This document shows positions 1 through 11,845 of a stretch of DNA of 58,251 bases, one piece after another. The position numbers and the translations under genes are program-made. The notes under the pieces are model-generated. The model worked only from the letters and a program-made list of their open reading frames with translations. It did not search any database and was not told the DNA's origin. Source of the DNA: Andalucia godoyi And28 (lineage: Eukaryota > Protista > Jakobida); the NCBI GenBank assembly GCA_009859145.1, contig VRVR01000063.1:70983-129233 (forward strand). The letters are read 5' to 3'. Each line of letters opens with the position of its first letter. Within the stretch, counting starts at the first letter, position 1.

Positions 1-2301
1 TTTTCCGGCAGCGACGCAAGCGTCGAGAAATTCTGAGCGATCCTTCATGACATTTCGCGTTGTCACGCAACCCTTGTCCACCAGCAAATGCGCGTCTGCC
101 AGCTTTGCAAATCGACCGCATCTGGAGATCGCAAGAAGATCCACTCCCTCGTTCGACGCACAAATGGGCTTTCCATGGACATACATGTCGTCCAGAAATC
201 GCACAGCTTCCCGCAGCTTCAGGAGAGAGTCCACGCTTCCTCTTCCCCCTGGTACGTACACCGCGTCATACAGCACACCAGAAGCCGTTTTAAGAGTCTT
301 TGCGGCGGCGACGCCGTCTCCCCCAACGCTGCGGATCACTCCGCCGTAGGGCGCAACAAGCTCGACCACGGCCCCTTCATGGTTGTGCATTCTCCGGAGA
401 CACTCGTAGTATTGCACTCCATCAAATCCATGTGCGCACAGCACAGCGATTTTGGTCGAGCGGATTGTCTGATGGTTCGCGCCCCGCTCCATCGAAACTT
501 CCGGGGCAAGGTATCGAGGCGTCGTAGAGCTGTCTGTGGTCGGCGGCGCTGCCCCTGTCAATTCTGCCACTCCACACGCCAAGCGAAAGTCGATTTTCGA
601 GAAATGGTCAACCATTCTCTGCCGAATCTCCATGGAGTCGCAACGACCGATTTCAAATCCAGCGGCTTCGATCAGCTGGCTTTGCTCAATTGGTGTAAGA
701 GAGTTCTAGAACATGCTCGCTTGGGTGTAATGGTCCGTGAACGACGGACTGCGAGCGACAATCTTGTAGCCCTCCACTTTTTGCGTCGCGTGCAGAAATG
801 CTCCGTCTCGGACGGACGCCATGAATGGACATCCGCCGCCGGTGCTGTTGGGCCAGTAGCTCGCGCGTCCAACGGGATGCAATCGCTGATGAAATCCGTC
901 ACGGTTCGTGTTGACTACCGGGTTGATCGGACAATTGATCGGAATCTGGTTGAAATTCGGCCCGCCCAGACGCGAAATCTGCGTGTCAAAATACGCAAAC
1001 AGTCTTCCTTGGAACAACGGGTCATTGGTGAAGTCGATTCCTGGGACTGCGTTGGCAGGGCAGAATGCAACCTGTTCGGTCTCAGAAAAGAAGTTGTCCG
1101 GATTCCTGTTCAGCACCATTCGTCCAATTCGCTTCACAGGTACGACGCCTTCGGCGACGTACTTTGTGGGATCGAGAAGATCGAAATCGAATTTGTGCTC
1201 GTCTTCCTCAGGAATCAGTTGCACACCAAGTTCATACTCGGCAAAGCTGCCGGTGGAAATCGCGTCCCACAGGTCTCGTCTGTGGAAATCCGCGTCCATG
1301 CCGGTCAACATTTTCGCTTCTTCCCAGGCAAGAGCGCGAGTACCGAGGACCGGGATCCATTGGAATTTGACAAAAGTGCCCTTTCCATCCTCGGTGACGA
1401 ATCGGTAGGTATGGACCGAAAATCCCTTCATTGTGCGATACGAGCGCGGAATTCCGTGCCCGGACAGAATCCACATGACATGGTGCATCGACTCGGGAAC
1501 AAGGGATACAAAGTCCCAGAACTCGTCATGCGTGGTGGTTGTCGTATTGATACCGCTATCCGCAGATTCCATGCCAGCATGCACAAGATCGGGGAATCGC
1601 GATGCATCCACAAAGGAAAACACCGGCTGGTTGTTGAAGACGAAATCCTGGATTCCCTCGTCCGTGTAGAACTTGGTGGCGAATCCAATCGTCGCGCGGT
1701 TGGTGTCCGCCGAGCCGCGGTGACTGAACACTGGAGAGAATCGCGTGAACACGGGTGTCTGTCTGCTGGGGTCAGTCAGGAACTTTGCTGCAGTGAATGC
1801 CTTCATAGAATCGTCGTACACCTCAAAGAATCCGTGCGCCGCGGAACCCTATCACAAAATTGAAATTGCAAACATGCAGAAAAAGACGCTGAATTAATCG
1901 ACTATTCACTGTGCATGAAACAGAAACGAACAGTATCGCGCAGGAAGCAACAAAGAAGAGGGGGAAAGTGGGGGGCGAGAAAAGGTTACATACTCTTGCG
2001 TGCACCACTCGTTCTGGAATCCGTTCGTGGTCGTTATGCATGATCTTCTGACGAAGAATGTAATCCTCCATCAACGTCGGTCCGCGGACCCCGCTCGCAG
2101 CGAGTTTTCGTACTGATCCTGGGTCACTCGCACTCCAGTGTCAGTTGTCATGAACGCCTTTTCGCCCTTGGAATCGATGTCCATCCTCAGTCGAGCGTCC
2201 CGATGTGCAGGGTGCAGCGGTGCTTTCCCCGCGGGTGCAGAAGTCGATCCTACATACGTGATCACCTTTTCCACGATTTCCAGAGGCGTGTGCGTGTTCA
2301 T
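1..2301 (-). pseudogene. katE: Large-subunit (clade 2, HPII/KatE-type) heme catalase with C-terminal DJ-1/GATase-like domain. Carries a 1-nt frameshift (~2085-2092) and an in-frame TAG (706-708); the 3' end runs off the window.
   Basis: Motifs [12 protein letters not shown]|GSAAHGFF (joined across intron 1849-1993, GTATGT...TAG), RGSADT, FATKFYT and QGRLFAYFDTQISRLGG (proximal Tyr). After the stop the frame continues NSLTPIEQ...KIAVLC...LYDAVYVPGG...HGKPI. Could be a real pseudogene or an assembly error. Confidence 0.9.
1849..1993 (-). other. Spliceosomal intron in catalase (145 nt)
   Basis: GTATGT donor and TAG acceptor; removal restores HARGSAAHG. Confidence 0.85.
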
Positions 2302-3782
2302 GTTGCTCAGAAACGTTTGGTGTCGAGATGCATGTTTTTCGTGCAAAAGATAACTGTGCAAAGAAAATGAAACGACTATTTATGCAAAAATCGCAACATT
2401 TTGCATCTTGGAGGTGGGTGCAACTACAAAGGAAATTGCCGGTTGCACGTAACAGAATGATGGAAGCTTCGACTGTCGCAATGGATGGGTTGAAGTCGTC
2501 ATGATTCACGACAAGGGTTTGTAATAGATAAATTTACAGAGCATCAGCCAGCAATTTGCTGACGTGGATAAACGCTGCGATTCCATCCATCACATAGTGC
2601 ATCTGGCATGCTTTCCAAGACCGAGAGGCAGCACCTGCTATGCAGAGAGCAGGTTATCATTCACTGTTTCGAGACGCGAACACAGACATTCCCCGATGAC
2701 GTTTCCAACTGCTAAATTCCCCAGGAAACAGACTACGTGCGTTGTTTTTTCTGTTCTAGGAGGAACCATTCTAGGAGTCTCGGCCCTTGCACGTATGTGT
2801 GGACTGCATTGTACTGCTGATAATGCAGCAGAGCAAGTTATTGCACATCATTACTGCACGCACGTGATTGAAAATCTGCGTCAGTACACTATCTTTGATG
2901 CTGGAAGTATGGATGTGAAACTCATTGGCATTTGCATTCTTATGAAGTCGGTGCTGGAATTCTCGTGGAGAGTGATCTTCCAGAAACGGCCGAAACGGCA
3001 GTCATGTCCCGCCTCGCCAGCACCTACGGAAATCTACCCCTGGGACTTCCTCGGTTAATGCAGAGTTTTACTGCAGATGGTCAAGCACAGCAAGAGCTAC
3101 TTGCTCGGAGAGACCTCGTCGAAGGTTACAGCACTGCAGACAAGCGCCAATTTCGTGAAGTCGCGGGGTTTCCGCACCACATTCCGCATTCCGAAGCAGA
3201 TGCTCTCTGGCATGGTCGTCGGCTGGAACTGCAGCTCATTTCCAAGAATGAGAGTGCTGTCAAATTTCCGCCTTAAATAGGCATTTCCAGAATTCTGCTT
3301 ACCGTTGATTCTGCAGAATCCACAGCTAGCAAGAAAGAGTGTGAGGACAGAAACTGTGGCGATGATTCTACTACGCACACACGAATGGTGAAGACAGCTG
3401 AAATCAACCAGCACGCCGTCCGGGAGGAGCTTGTCATATAATTGCAACGCTTGCTGACGTTTTCGGGTTTCGATTTGCTTTTTTAAAAAGTGGACATGCC
3501 TGTAGGATCGAGCGATCTGTGGTCAAAGAAGCGTGCATGCCAGGTCAATTTCGGTACATGGGTACTGGCAGGTACGAATTTGACGAGGAAAGTAGCACAA
3601 GATAAAATCATCTAGTGAAATGGCTGCATAGCTCTTGTTCATGCTGCACAGGCGGTACCAGAGAAGCTGGGCAAATGCCTCGCAGCATCGACCAACGATA
3701 CATCGCCAATGCTGCCTCCAGCGAGAGTGACATGGCATCCGTAGATCAAAGACTTTTACAAGGTTCTTTCAAGTCTTTTTTT

Positions 3783-4340
3783 TCATTGGTCTTCGCTGTC
3801 ATTTTCGTCTGTTTCCGATGCTGCGGCGGGGCCTCGCCACCCTTTCGCCATCCACTCCTCTTGGCTGTGCGACGATCCTTTTCTTCCTGGAGGCCTTCCG
3901 ACATATTCACAATCCTCATTCTCTTCTGCGCATCGCTGGCATCGAGGAACTCTTCTGTCACAGCTCTTGTGCAAGCGACGGCACCTTCTGCATGAAAACA
4001 GCTGAAACCAAGTAATCTCATCCGTCTTCTGAACCTGTGCTGGCGGTGGGCCGGCATCTGTTGTGAGAGAAAGAAACGAAGATCCGCTGTCAAGGGTTGT
4101 TGTTTCTTGGGAATCAGGCTTGCCGTAAATCGTAGCATCTCTCGGATTTACCGGACCCTGGTGAGCGGCATGAACGATTTCGGCAGTCGACGCTGTATAT
4201 GTCTTAACTGGATGGAAACTGGCCTTTGCCATTCCTGAACGGGCGGCATCGTCCACTGTTCCCTGCTGAGACGATGTTGAAGCAGCCTGACAGGACTGTC
4301 GAGACCCAGTCTCCTGAACAAGTCGGAAATGAGAATGCAT
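3783..4340 (-). CDS. Zn2Cys6 binuclear cluster protein, subfamily A (A1); ORF ends shortly after the DNA-binding domain
   Basis: WFQLFS-CRRCRRLHKSCDRRVPRCQRCAEENEDC-EYVGRPPGR fits CX2CX6CX6CX2CX6C; followed by EWMAKGWRG. Confidence 0.85.
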   Translation of the reverse strand: MHSHFRLVQETGSRQSCQAASTSSQQGTVDDAARSGMAKASFHPVKTYTASTAEIVHAAHQGPVNPRDATIYGKPDSQETTTLDSGSSFLSLTTDAGPPPAQVQKTDEITWFQLFSCRRCRRLHKSCDRRVPRCQRCAEENEDCEYVGRPPGRKGSSHSQEEWMAKGWRGPAAASETDENDSEDQ

Positions 4341-4958
4341 AGACAGTTGCTTGGTGTGTATAGGTTCTTAGCAGAATCAAAGACCTCGATGAAAAGTACC
4401 CAGCGAAAGATGCTTTTTCGAGCCCTTGCGTGGTGGTTTAAACACTGAATTTTCGTGGGTTAAGCAGTAGCAGCTCACATGTCTACTGCACAACAGCCTC
4501 GACGGATGCCGATGGATACTGTCGGTGACAATTTCTAATTGCGTCATTCTACTTTCCTGAAGATGCGACGCGTGTGAGAGTCTTTCCGCGCGGAGTTGAC
4601 TTTGAACCATTTTGGCATCGTCACTGTAGACCATGCTTTTTGCCTGTATGTTGCCCCCAGCCCTGCACGGACAACTGATGAAAGTAATCCGGAGGGCCCC
4701 TCACTCTTAGCAAAAATTGTGACGCTGGCGGGGATCATTCCGCAGAGCTTCGTCGAGCCAGATACGAATCCACCACACAAAGCCAGACAGTATTGCTCGG
4801 ATAAGGCGGAAACGTTGCGGAGTATCTCAAAACTGTGTGCATTGGCCAACAAGTCTTGTACCCCGTACAACCCGAATTTTCGGCATATTTTGTGATTTAT
4901 TTCGAAGCTTCCCATTACGCGAGCCAGATTGATGGTGATGCACTGCACTGACCGACTT

Positions 4959-7331
4959 CTAGGTCCATGAAAGCTCCTTGTACTGTTTGCTGTTCTGCTG
5001 CAAATAACTGCTGAAAAAGTCAAAAGACATGGCTGGCGGAATAGGATACAAAGGTCCTGTTTTCGCGAGAGAATCGGAAAGATCAGGAAGCGTAGTAAAG
5101 TCTAGAGGATGTTTTTTAGGATCAGTGGCCATGGAACTCACGGGAATGCCACAGATTCGCTTGTTTTCAAGGAAAGCGGCAACGTCCAAATGACCTTTTG
5201 ATTTTGCGCCGTAGGAAAGAAATGTCATGTATATGTGTGAAAAAGCGTCGCCCCTTTCATCGACAAACCGTTCGAAGCGTGCCATAGAAGACAAAATTGG
5301 AAAGCACGACCAATATGGTACAAGTCGTCTTCTAATTGTCTGCCACGGATCCAAGGCCACAAACGAAGAAACAAAAACTGGTTTCACAGACGGTTCTTCA
5401 ATGGACTCATACCACGTTCTGAAAAGATCTGCAACGAACGCGGAAGGATCCTCCGGATTCGAAAACCGCAATGTATGCATGCTGCATCGCAGATCGTTAC
5501 AGAGGACCGTTATCGATTTCAAAAGCTCATTTGCAAATCCCCACTCTGCCTCTGTTGCTGTTGAGTCATGGTGGATGCCTGTCCATGCCAAATGTTTCTC
5601 GGAAGAGGATTCGTCGTTTCTGGCAAGATACTCTTCTGCTTCAATTCCCCCAAACGCCCCGGGCTGAAATACTGCTCGATGATGTTGCGTCCGCACCACC
5701 GGCCATGCAAGTGTGCAGTCGACTACCAACAGATGTCCCTTCAGCGCCAGCGCTTCCCGCAGAAAATTCTGGTATGCGATGGGCATTTCAATGAATTTGA
5801 TCCGAAAGTATGCCATTTCTTGGATCATCATAGCATCTTGATTGGGATCCGCCATGTGGTGAACTGCAACCCCTGGATTCCGTTCCGCGATACGTCTCGC
5901 GATATCTTTGCCCCACTCCATCTCCTTACCGAAATCCAATACCGTTTTTTTGTTAGAGGAAACTCCTCCTGGGAGACGAAGAATGGATATTCTGGCTGGC
6001 CTGCGAACGGGAACGAGCACAGTCTGAGGCAGCCACGGACAACGCATGGCAGAAAATGCATGGCACAGCGCACCGTTTGCAGATCCAATTACAATGCAAG
6101 AATATGTCTTGTTTCTTGGAAATTGGCGGACGATGTCGGCAGCCAACTGCTCTGCAAAAGCATGCGCCGTCAGTACATCTGCTTCCGTCGACTCCCACCA
6201 ACCACCCAGTTGGTACATTCGTCGTTTGAGCGAAATGGGTGCGTGATTGAAAATCTTCGATGCCATCACCATTCGCGAACTTTCAAGCCCTCCAAATTGA
6301 GCGGACTCTCCATGTATCGCATTTGATGTTGCGCGTAGCATAACGGAGCCGGAATCGTAATCCGCAACGAATCGGATTGGTTTGTACAGCTTTTCTGTGT
6401 CTGTACTTTCTGGTGTCTGCAGCGCCACACTTTTAATCCATTCTCGAAGATGTCTTTGTTGTTCCAGCGCATTCGAATGATTGCGCTTCAAGTCACATTC
6501 CAAAAATGGTCGAATCATTCTTGCAAGTTTTCTCGGACTGTTATAATTCGCGGTGTGCGCTGCGCCCTTTAAATGGACATGGTGAGCGATTACTGTTAAG
6601 CTAGAGAGCCATGCGCACCAAGGCCTCGGCGATATGGGATCCCGTTCGCAGCTGACGATTAAGACTGGACATTGAACTTGCGGCAACACCCTTTCGATCG
6701 CGTGGTTCATCACGACGTGTCTGAATGTTTGCGCAGATCTTAGCAGCCCGGCACGAAAATAATCCCTAAGCATGATCAGCGACATGGAAATCGGTTCTTT
6801 GGAACCGTTGCGCATGAAGTCCACAACTTGACTTGCGATCGTTCGTCTGCTTTCTTGCGTTGTTGGACCCTGAAGCACGCATCGGTCTACAAATTGTGGG
6901 TACGCAGCCGCAAACTCCACCACCAGCTGGCAGCCAAACGAATTCCCGAACAGGCTCAGCTTTGTAAACTGCAACGTTTCCATCCATTCTCGCAGTACTT
7001 CGATCATTTCGTGAATGTCGAGATAGTTTTTTTGTCGAGATTTGCACAATCGACTGAGTCCAAATCCTGGCATCTCCACGATAAATACCGGTAGATATGC
7101 AGACAGTTGTTCTGCTAGCGGTCTCAAATACTCAATTCCCACGACCATACCCGGGATCAAAACGACCGGTGACCGACCAAAATAGGCTCTTTGCAGCGTT
7201 TCCGAGGAGAAACCGGAAGACTCGAGTATTGACTTGGAAACATAGCTCAAAAAATGAATCTCGTGTCCAAATTTCTTGGAATCAACGAACGAGTCTAAGA
7301 ACTCAGCATGTACCGCTCTTTCTCCTGTCAT
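4959..7331 (-). CDS. Alpha/beta hydrolase (N-terminal ~280 aa) fused to a ~470 aa domain of unknown function; 790 aa, intronless
   Basis: LIPG oxyanion motif, EMPGFGLS, GNSFG nucleophile elbow, ERD and GAAH triad candidates; long uninterrupted ORF from the first ATG at 7331. Confidence 0.85.
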   Translation of the reverse strand: MTGERAVHAEFLDSFVDSKKFGHEIHFLSYVSKSILESSGFSSETLQRAYFGRSPVVLIPGMVVGIEYLRPLAEQLSAYLPVFIVEMPGFGLSRLCKSRQKNYLDIHEMIEVLREWMETLQFTKLSLFGNSFGCQLVVEFAAAYPQFVDRCVLQGPTTQESRRTIASQVVDFMRNGSKEPISMSLIMLRDYFRAGLLRSAQTFRHVVMNHAIERVLPQVQCPVLIVSCERDPISPRPWCAWLSSLTVIAHHVHLKGAAHTANYNSPRKLARMIRPFLECDLKRNHSNALEQQRHLREWIKSVALQTPESTDTEKLYKPIRFVADYDSGSVMLRATSNAIHGESAQFGGLESSRMVMASKIFNHAPISLKRRMYQLGGWWESTEADVLTAHAFAEQLAADIVRQFPRNKTYSCIVIGSANGALCHAFSAMRCPWLPQTVLVPVRRPARISILRLPGGVSSNKKTVLDFGKEMEWGKDIARRIAERNPGVAVHHMADPNQDAMMIQEMAYFRIKFIEMPIAYQNFLREALALKGHLLVVDCTLAWPVVRTQHHRAVFQPGAFGGIEAEEYLARNDESSSEKHLAWTGIHHDSTATEAEWGFANELLKSITVLCNDLRCSMHTLRFSNPEDPSAFVADLFRTWYESIEEPSVKPVFVSSFVALDPWQTIRRRLVPYWSCFPILSSMARFERFVDERGDAFSHIYMTFLSYGAKSKGHLDVAAFLENKRICGIPVSSMATDPKKHPLDFTTLPDLSDSLAKTGPLYPIPPAMSFDFFSSYLQQNSKQYKELSWT

Positions 7332-7642
7332 GGCTCCAGCTGCGACTCTGCTCTTGTGAAAAAGAACCCAGAAGCAATACGACAAAATGCCAGATTGTCT
7401 GTCGGAGGGAATGTGATTGTATTGGAAACAGCCGACTTTATACAAGTGTCATGGAAGTTCCAGTTGGTAAAAAATTTGGAAGAGATTATGCCATTCTTCC
7501 GGGGAATAGGATCAGTGAGAGTGCTTGCCCATGGCTCAAGCACCAAACAAAATAGGTACACTTGGTTTTGGATATGCATTTATTACAATTAAAGAAAAAT
7601 TGCCAAGTGAGAGATGTCCTCATAATTCGTCAACTAGCAAAA

Positions 7643-8685
7643 CTAGCTGCTGACGGACATACCCTGCGTTTAAACAATATTAGCATGAATACGGCTCCTT
7701 AGGGGGTTTTAGAGAACAAATTATGAACATACGCCATTCGGATGAAGGACTTGGCCTGTCATATAGCCACTGTCCCGAGCCGCGAGAAAGACATAACATC
7801 TATTTCTCGACAACAAAGGAAGAAAAAAGAAAACACTTGTCAGCTCAAAACGTCAAAAAACTGCGTATATACAGAGAAGAAAAAACAGATACCATACGGC
7901 GCAACTTCTTCTGGATGACCGTATCGCTTCATTTCAGCCTCTTTTCCGAAATCTTCCAATGTGGTTTCATCAAATCGGATGGGAAGAGGGGTCAAAATCG
8001 GACCAGGAGCAACCGCATTCACACGGATGCGCTTTTGTAACAGATACTTTGCAAGTGCTCGAGTAAACGTAACTTCGGCGCCTTTTGTTGAACCATAGTC
8101 AATAAGGTCTGGACGGGGGAGATACGCATCAACAGAAACTGTGTTGATGATGCAATCCCCCTCTGAAAGATAAGGAATTGCAGATTAGGCAAGAAAGAAG
8201 TACGAAAAGACATTGGAACGGAACACTCGCATCATTTGCTCTTCCGTTATGTCTTCAAATACCTTCTGCTGCAGCTGAATCGAACAGTTGTTGACCAGGA
8301 CGTTCAGCTTCTGGAATCGCTGCACAGTCTTCTGCACACATTCTGCGGCGAACACCTTGTCTCCTAAATCGCCACGCATTACAAGGCACTCGCTTCCTTC
8401 TTTCTCCACGAGTCTCTTTGTTTCATTTGCATCGTCGTCCTCGGGCGTGCTCAAATAGACGATTGCGATGTTTGCCCCTTCTCTTGCAAATAAAACGGCC
8501 ACCGATCGGCCGATACCAGAGTCTCCGCCTGTGATTAAGGCAACTTTGTCTTTTAATTTCAAGGATCCTTTGTACCAGGGTGCGTCGCAATGCGGTTGTT
8601 GGTGCATCTCGTACTGCAATCCAGGCATCCGATCCTGGTGCTCTTGTGGCATTTCCGGTGCGAACACCGACTTTGCAGACGACAT
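7643..8685 (-). pseudogene. Classical short-chain dehydrogenase/reductase, YhdF/YdaD (general stress protein 39)-like. Two introns (7800-7897, 7664-7732) and one in-frame TAA (8185-8187).
   Basis: YKGSLKLKDKVALITGGDSGIGRSVA, NNCS, DYGSTKG (YxxxK), RVNAVAPGP, P|CYVFLAARDSGYMTGQVLHPNG|GMSVSS. The TAA sits where Lys is usual (FLA*SAIPYL). Confidence 0.9.
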
Positions 8686-10040
8686 GATGGATGTGCTGCG
8701 AAGAAGTATAGGTAAAAAAAAAGGAAAACCGCCAATCTTTTTCTACATCCTTTTTAAAAATCTCCTTTCGTTTTGAAGTTGTATAGTAGCAAGTTCGCGT
8801 GCTGACAGGACAACACAAAAGTGGAAATACTTCCCTCCGCGCAAACATCCACCGGCAGTTCCACAACTCACCCAGCGGCGGCAATAGTTTTCCTATTTTC
8901 CATTTTTAGCGCTGTCCGCAGCTCAAAACTAGACAGCAATATGACAATCCTAAACAACAGCTGTCTGTCGAACACAATAAAGGATGGGGCACAGTCAACA
9001 TAGCGGTTTGGCGATTTTGTATCTTTGAAAAGAATCATACATATTCTCAGCTTTCTATCATGAGTAGCACTGACTTGGAAACCGAAAGCAAAGTCGCCCG
9101 CGGGGGCGGACATTGCGGTTCACACCAACAGATGCCCCAATTTCTCAATCCGAATGACAATGACCGGGGTGCATGCGGCGCTCTCGACAAATGCACTGAC
9201 GGAGACAGATGCCGCCGAGAAGAGATCCCTGCAGACAGCAGAGAGGTTGGCGCAAGCAGACGTATCTGGCACCCCGCGTCCTCGGAACAGCTTTCGACAC
9301 GGCCCTACCAGCCTATCTCGCTTCCGCAGCGGCTACTTGTTGCTCACCCGTGCTCCAGAAAACAGACTCCAATGCAGGTGCGAACTGTCGCGGCACCACC
9401 GGGATACTTGTCTTGGTGCAACCATAATTTACGGTTTGAGCATGACATTCGCTTTGACGTCGTTAACAAAACGGCATTTCCTGCCAGAGTGAACATAGTA
9501 GTGCAGCGCGTTCTTGATACTGTGCATTGCGAAGAGTTTGAGTTTGTAATTCTTCCGTTCATGGCACCGCAGTTTGAATGGGCTACGTGTGTTGTACCAT
9601 GCTCCGAAGTACTTGCGGTCTTTGTATTTCAAGGTTGGCAGCGTTTGTCGTGCGCATCCTCGGCAGTGTGGGAGGGTGCGTCGAGAAGTCGCTGTTTGCA
9701 ATTTACGCTGAGCATCCGATCCGGGACATCTCGCACTGCTGCAAGTGATCTTCCGGGTGAAAATGACCGCACACCAGAGCTGTGTGTTCGATTGTATTCC
9801 CTCGGAAACTATTTGCTATTTAACGGGGCTTCTACACGGTGCACGAATTCAGCCATTCAAGATGACTGAACCAATCAGAAGAACGCAGCAGATGTGCCCA
9901 AGATCCAACAATAAATCTGTCAACGGACCAATGTTGGAATTTAAGAATACTCCTTATATACATTTAGACGCCACCGCTGCCGTACAATTGTCGTACATAA
10001 AAAAGAAACGCAGATTCCCTGTATTTTCATCAGCACATCT

Positions 10041-11255
10041 CTAGGAAGATGAGCAATGAGGGACACTGGCAAACGAAGCACGCCACGAAGGCAGCACGTC
10101 CCCGACAGTGTTTAGCCGCGAGAGCTCGGGAAAGCTCCCGAACGAAAGATTTGGACACGTAGCGACGGATTTTTGTAGGATAGTGAGGGTAGCTATGGAA
10201 GCAGAGCCGGGTAAATGCAGCAACTGGCCCCATGCCTCCGGAAGATCGACAACCAGCACCAATTCGGAATAGAACGAATCAACAATTGACAGCGGGAACA
10301 CTTCAACTTTCGATGTAACAGCCGTCTGTAAAATCGAATCGCCATTGATTATGATCATCAGCACGGGATCCTGCCGAGAAAAGCGGACGTGGATTGTGCA
10401 GATATCTCCGGAAATCCACATCAGGTCCCAAAATCGCAATTTCTGCAGCTGCGGAAGAGTTGAGAGAGACGGAAGATACGCGTCGTGGATTCGTGAAGGA
10501 TAAACGACGACCAGCAGTTCCTCGACATGCAAAAACCGGTGGCAGACGGATTGCATCCATTCCCATGCACAGATCGTCGATTCCTGACGCGGAAGACACA
10601 CAACGCGGTGAGCGATTGGCAGCAAATGACCAAAAGAGGACAGTGCACTTCCGATCTCAATGCAAATTTCCGTGCATCGGATTCTCTGTGCGAAAGCGAT
10701 CGATAAATTGACTTCCGCATCAGAAAAGCACAAAGATAGCGACCGAACGACCACGTCCCAGTACGGAAAATGGACTGCAATTCGAGCCAAATCGCCGACC
10801 GAAATCTCTGATCCGACATGCAGCGTTCCGTAGCAACCGCCAAACAAATTGTCTGCCGTGCCGTGTAGATCATCTTCCAGCAAATTTGTCGGGACATGCG
10901 GTAAAAGAGTGTGGACAACAGACGAACCATGAGAATAGACTCCGGGAATGCAAGGCAAAACGAAAACACTGGACAGCCGAAGCCGGGAATGATACAGACG
11001 ATATGCGTCGCACTCTTCCAAACTGGCAATGCGTATCGAACAGAGGGCAATCTGCATGCTTGGGAAACTGTGCAGGAACGCAGCGACTTTCGTTGGCCAA
11101 GCATCGTCCGGGAACGATACAACTCCTCCAATGGAAAACATGCTCAAGATAGACTGTTCGTGCTTTCGAGATACTAAACGGAGCGACAGGACATTCTCAT
11201 AACTCATAAAGGACAAGGTCCTTTGGAACGGTACAAATGGAAGATCAACGATCAT
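10041..11255 (-). CDS. F-box-like protein
   Basis: N-terminal DLPFVPFQRTLSFMSYENVLSLRLVSRK resembles the F-box consensus; ~400 aa intact ORF. Confidence 0.6.
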   Translation of the reverse strand: MIVDLPFVPFQRTLSFMSYENVLSLRLVSRKHEQSILSMFSIGGVVSFPDDAWPTKVAAFLHSFPSMQIALCSIRIASLEECDAYRLYHSRLRLSSVFVLPCIPGVYSHGSSVVHTLLPHVPTNLLEDDLHGTADNLFGGCYGTLHVGSEISVGDLARIAVHFPYWDVVVRSLSLCFSDAEVNLSIAFAQRIRCTEICIEIGSALSSFGHLLPIAHRVVCLPRQESTICAWEWMQSVCHRFLHVEELLVVVYPSRIHDAYLPSLSTLPQLQKLRFWDLMWISGDICTIHVRFSRQDPVLMIIINGDSILQTAVTSKVEVFPLSIVDSFYSELVLVVDLPEAWGQLLHLPGSASIATLTILQKSVATCPNLSFGSFPELSRLNTVGDVLPSWRASFASVPHCSSS

Positions 11256-11279
11256 TCTCTCCAGCGAGTGCAACGGAGA

Positions 11280-11282
<3 letters not shown>

Positions 11283-11322
<40 letters not shown>
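11283..11322. repeat. (GA)n microsatellite, about 20 units
   Basis: Direct reading; lies just upstream of the F-box start. Confidence 0.95.
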
Positions 11323-11327
<5 letters not shown>

Positions 11328-11845
11328 ACAGTGGAGTGCTACGTTTTGTAGAGACGGGGGCGTTTGCTTTCTCGCCCAGTTCTTTCTCGAAAAGTGAAAA
11401 CCAAGACCAGTTCAACAACCACGTTTTTTTATACAGAAGCGACTCAAAATCGGAGGAACTGTGTCCCGCAAACATGCACGTCGGACATGAGAGCAGGAGA
11501 CGTGCAGCGCAATCTACTGACAGAGAAAAGTCTGTGGTCTTTCCCAGCAGTAAGACACCTCGGAGATAAACTAAAAATAAAATGCACAAAGAAAGTGGTT
11601 TAGAATGAAACTGCGCTAATGACAAGAACGACGGGTTGGGCACACTCCGTCGATTGACAAACTTGAGTTGAGCTTTCGTTTCGAAAAACAGAGAATCTCA
11701 GCTGTCATCCAGAGTGCTTGAATAAACAAAAAGAGAGGGACTATGAATTTTTCTCTCATGATGCACTGACTTTTTTTGGCACTTTCCATTCCTCAATTCG
11801 GTGCTTTTGAATATCACTGCGAGGTAGACACGAGGTTTCTGCACG

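Noticed and set aside
88-1863. 591-aa plus-strand ORF
   Set aside because: Antisense shadow of the catalase; no protein-like motifs
8164-8204. 41-nt GT..CTAAT..AG mini-intron that would remove the SDR stop
   Set aside because: Removal shifts the frame and deletes a conserved SDR helix
9060-9869. 269-aa plus ORF and the K/R/Y-rich minus ORF 9429..9701
   Set aside because: No recognisable motif or paralog; cannot tell which strand, if either, is coding
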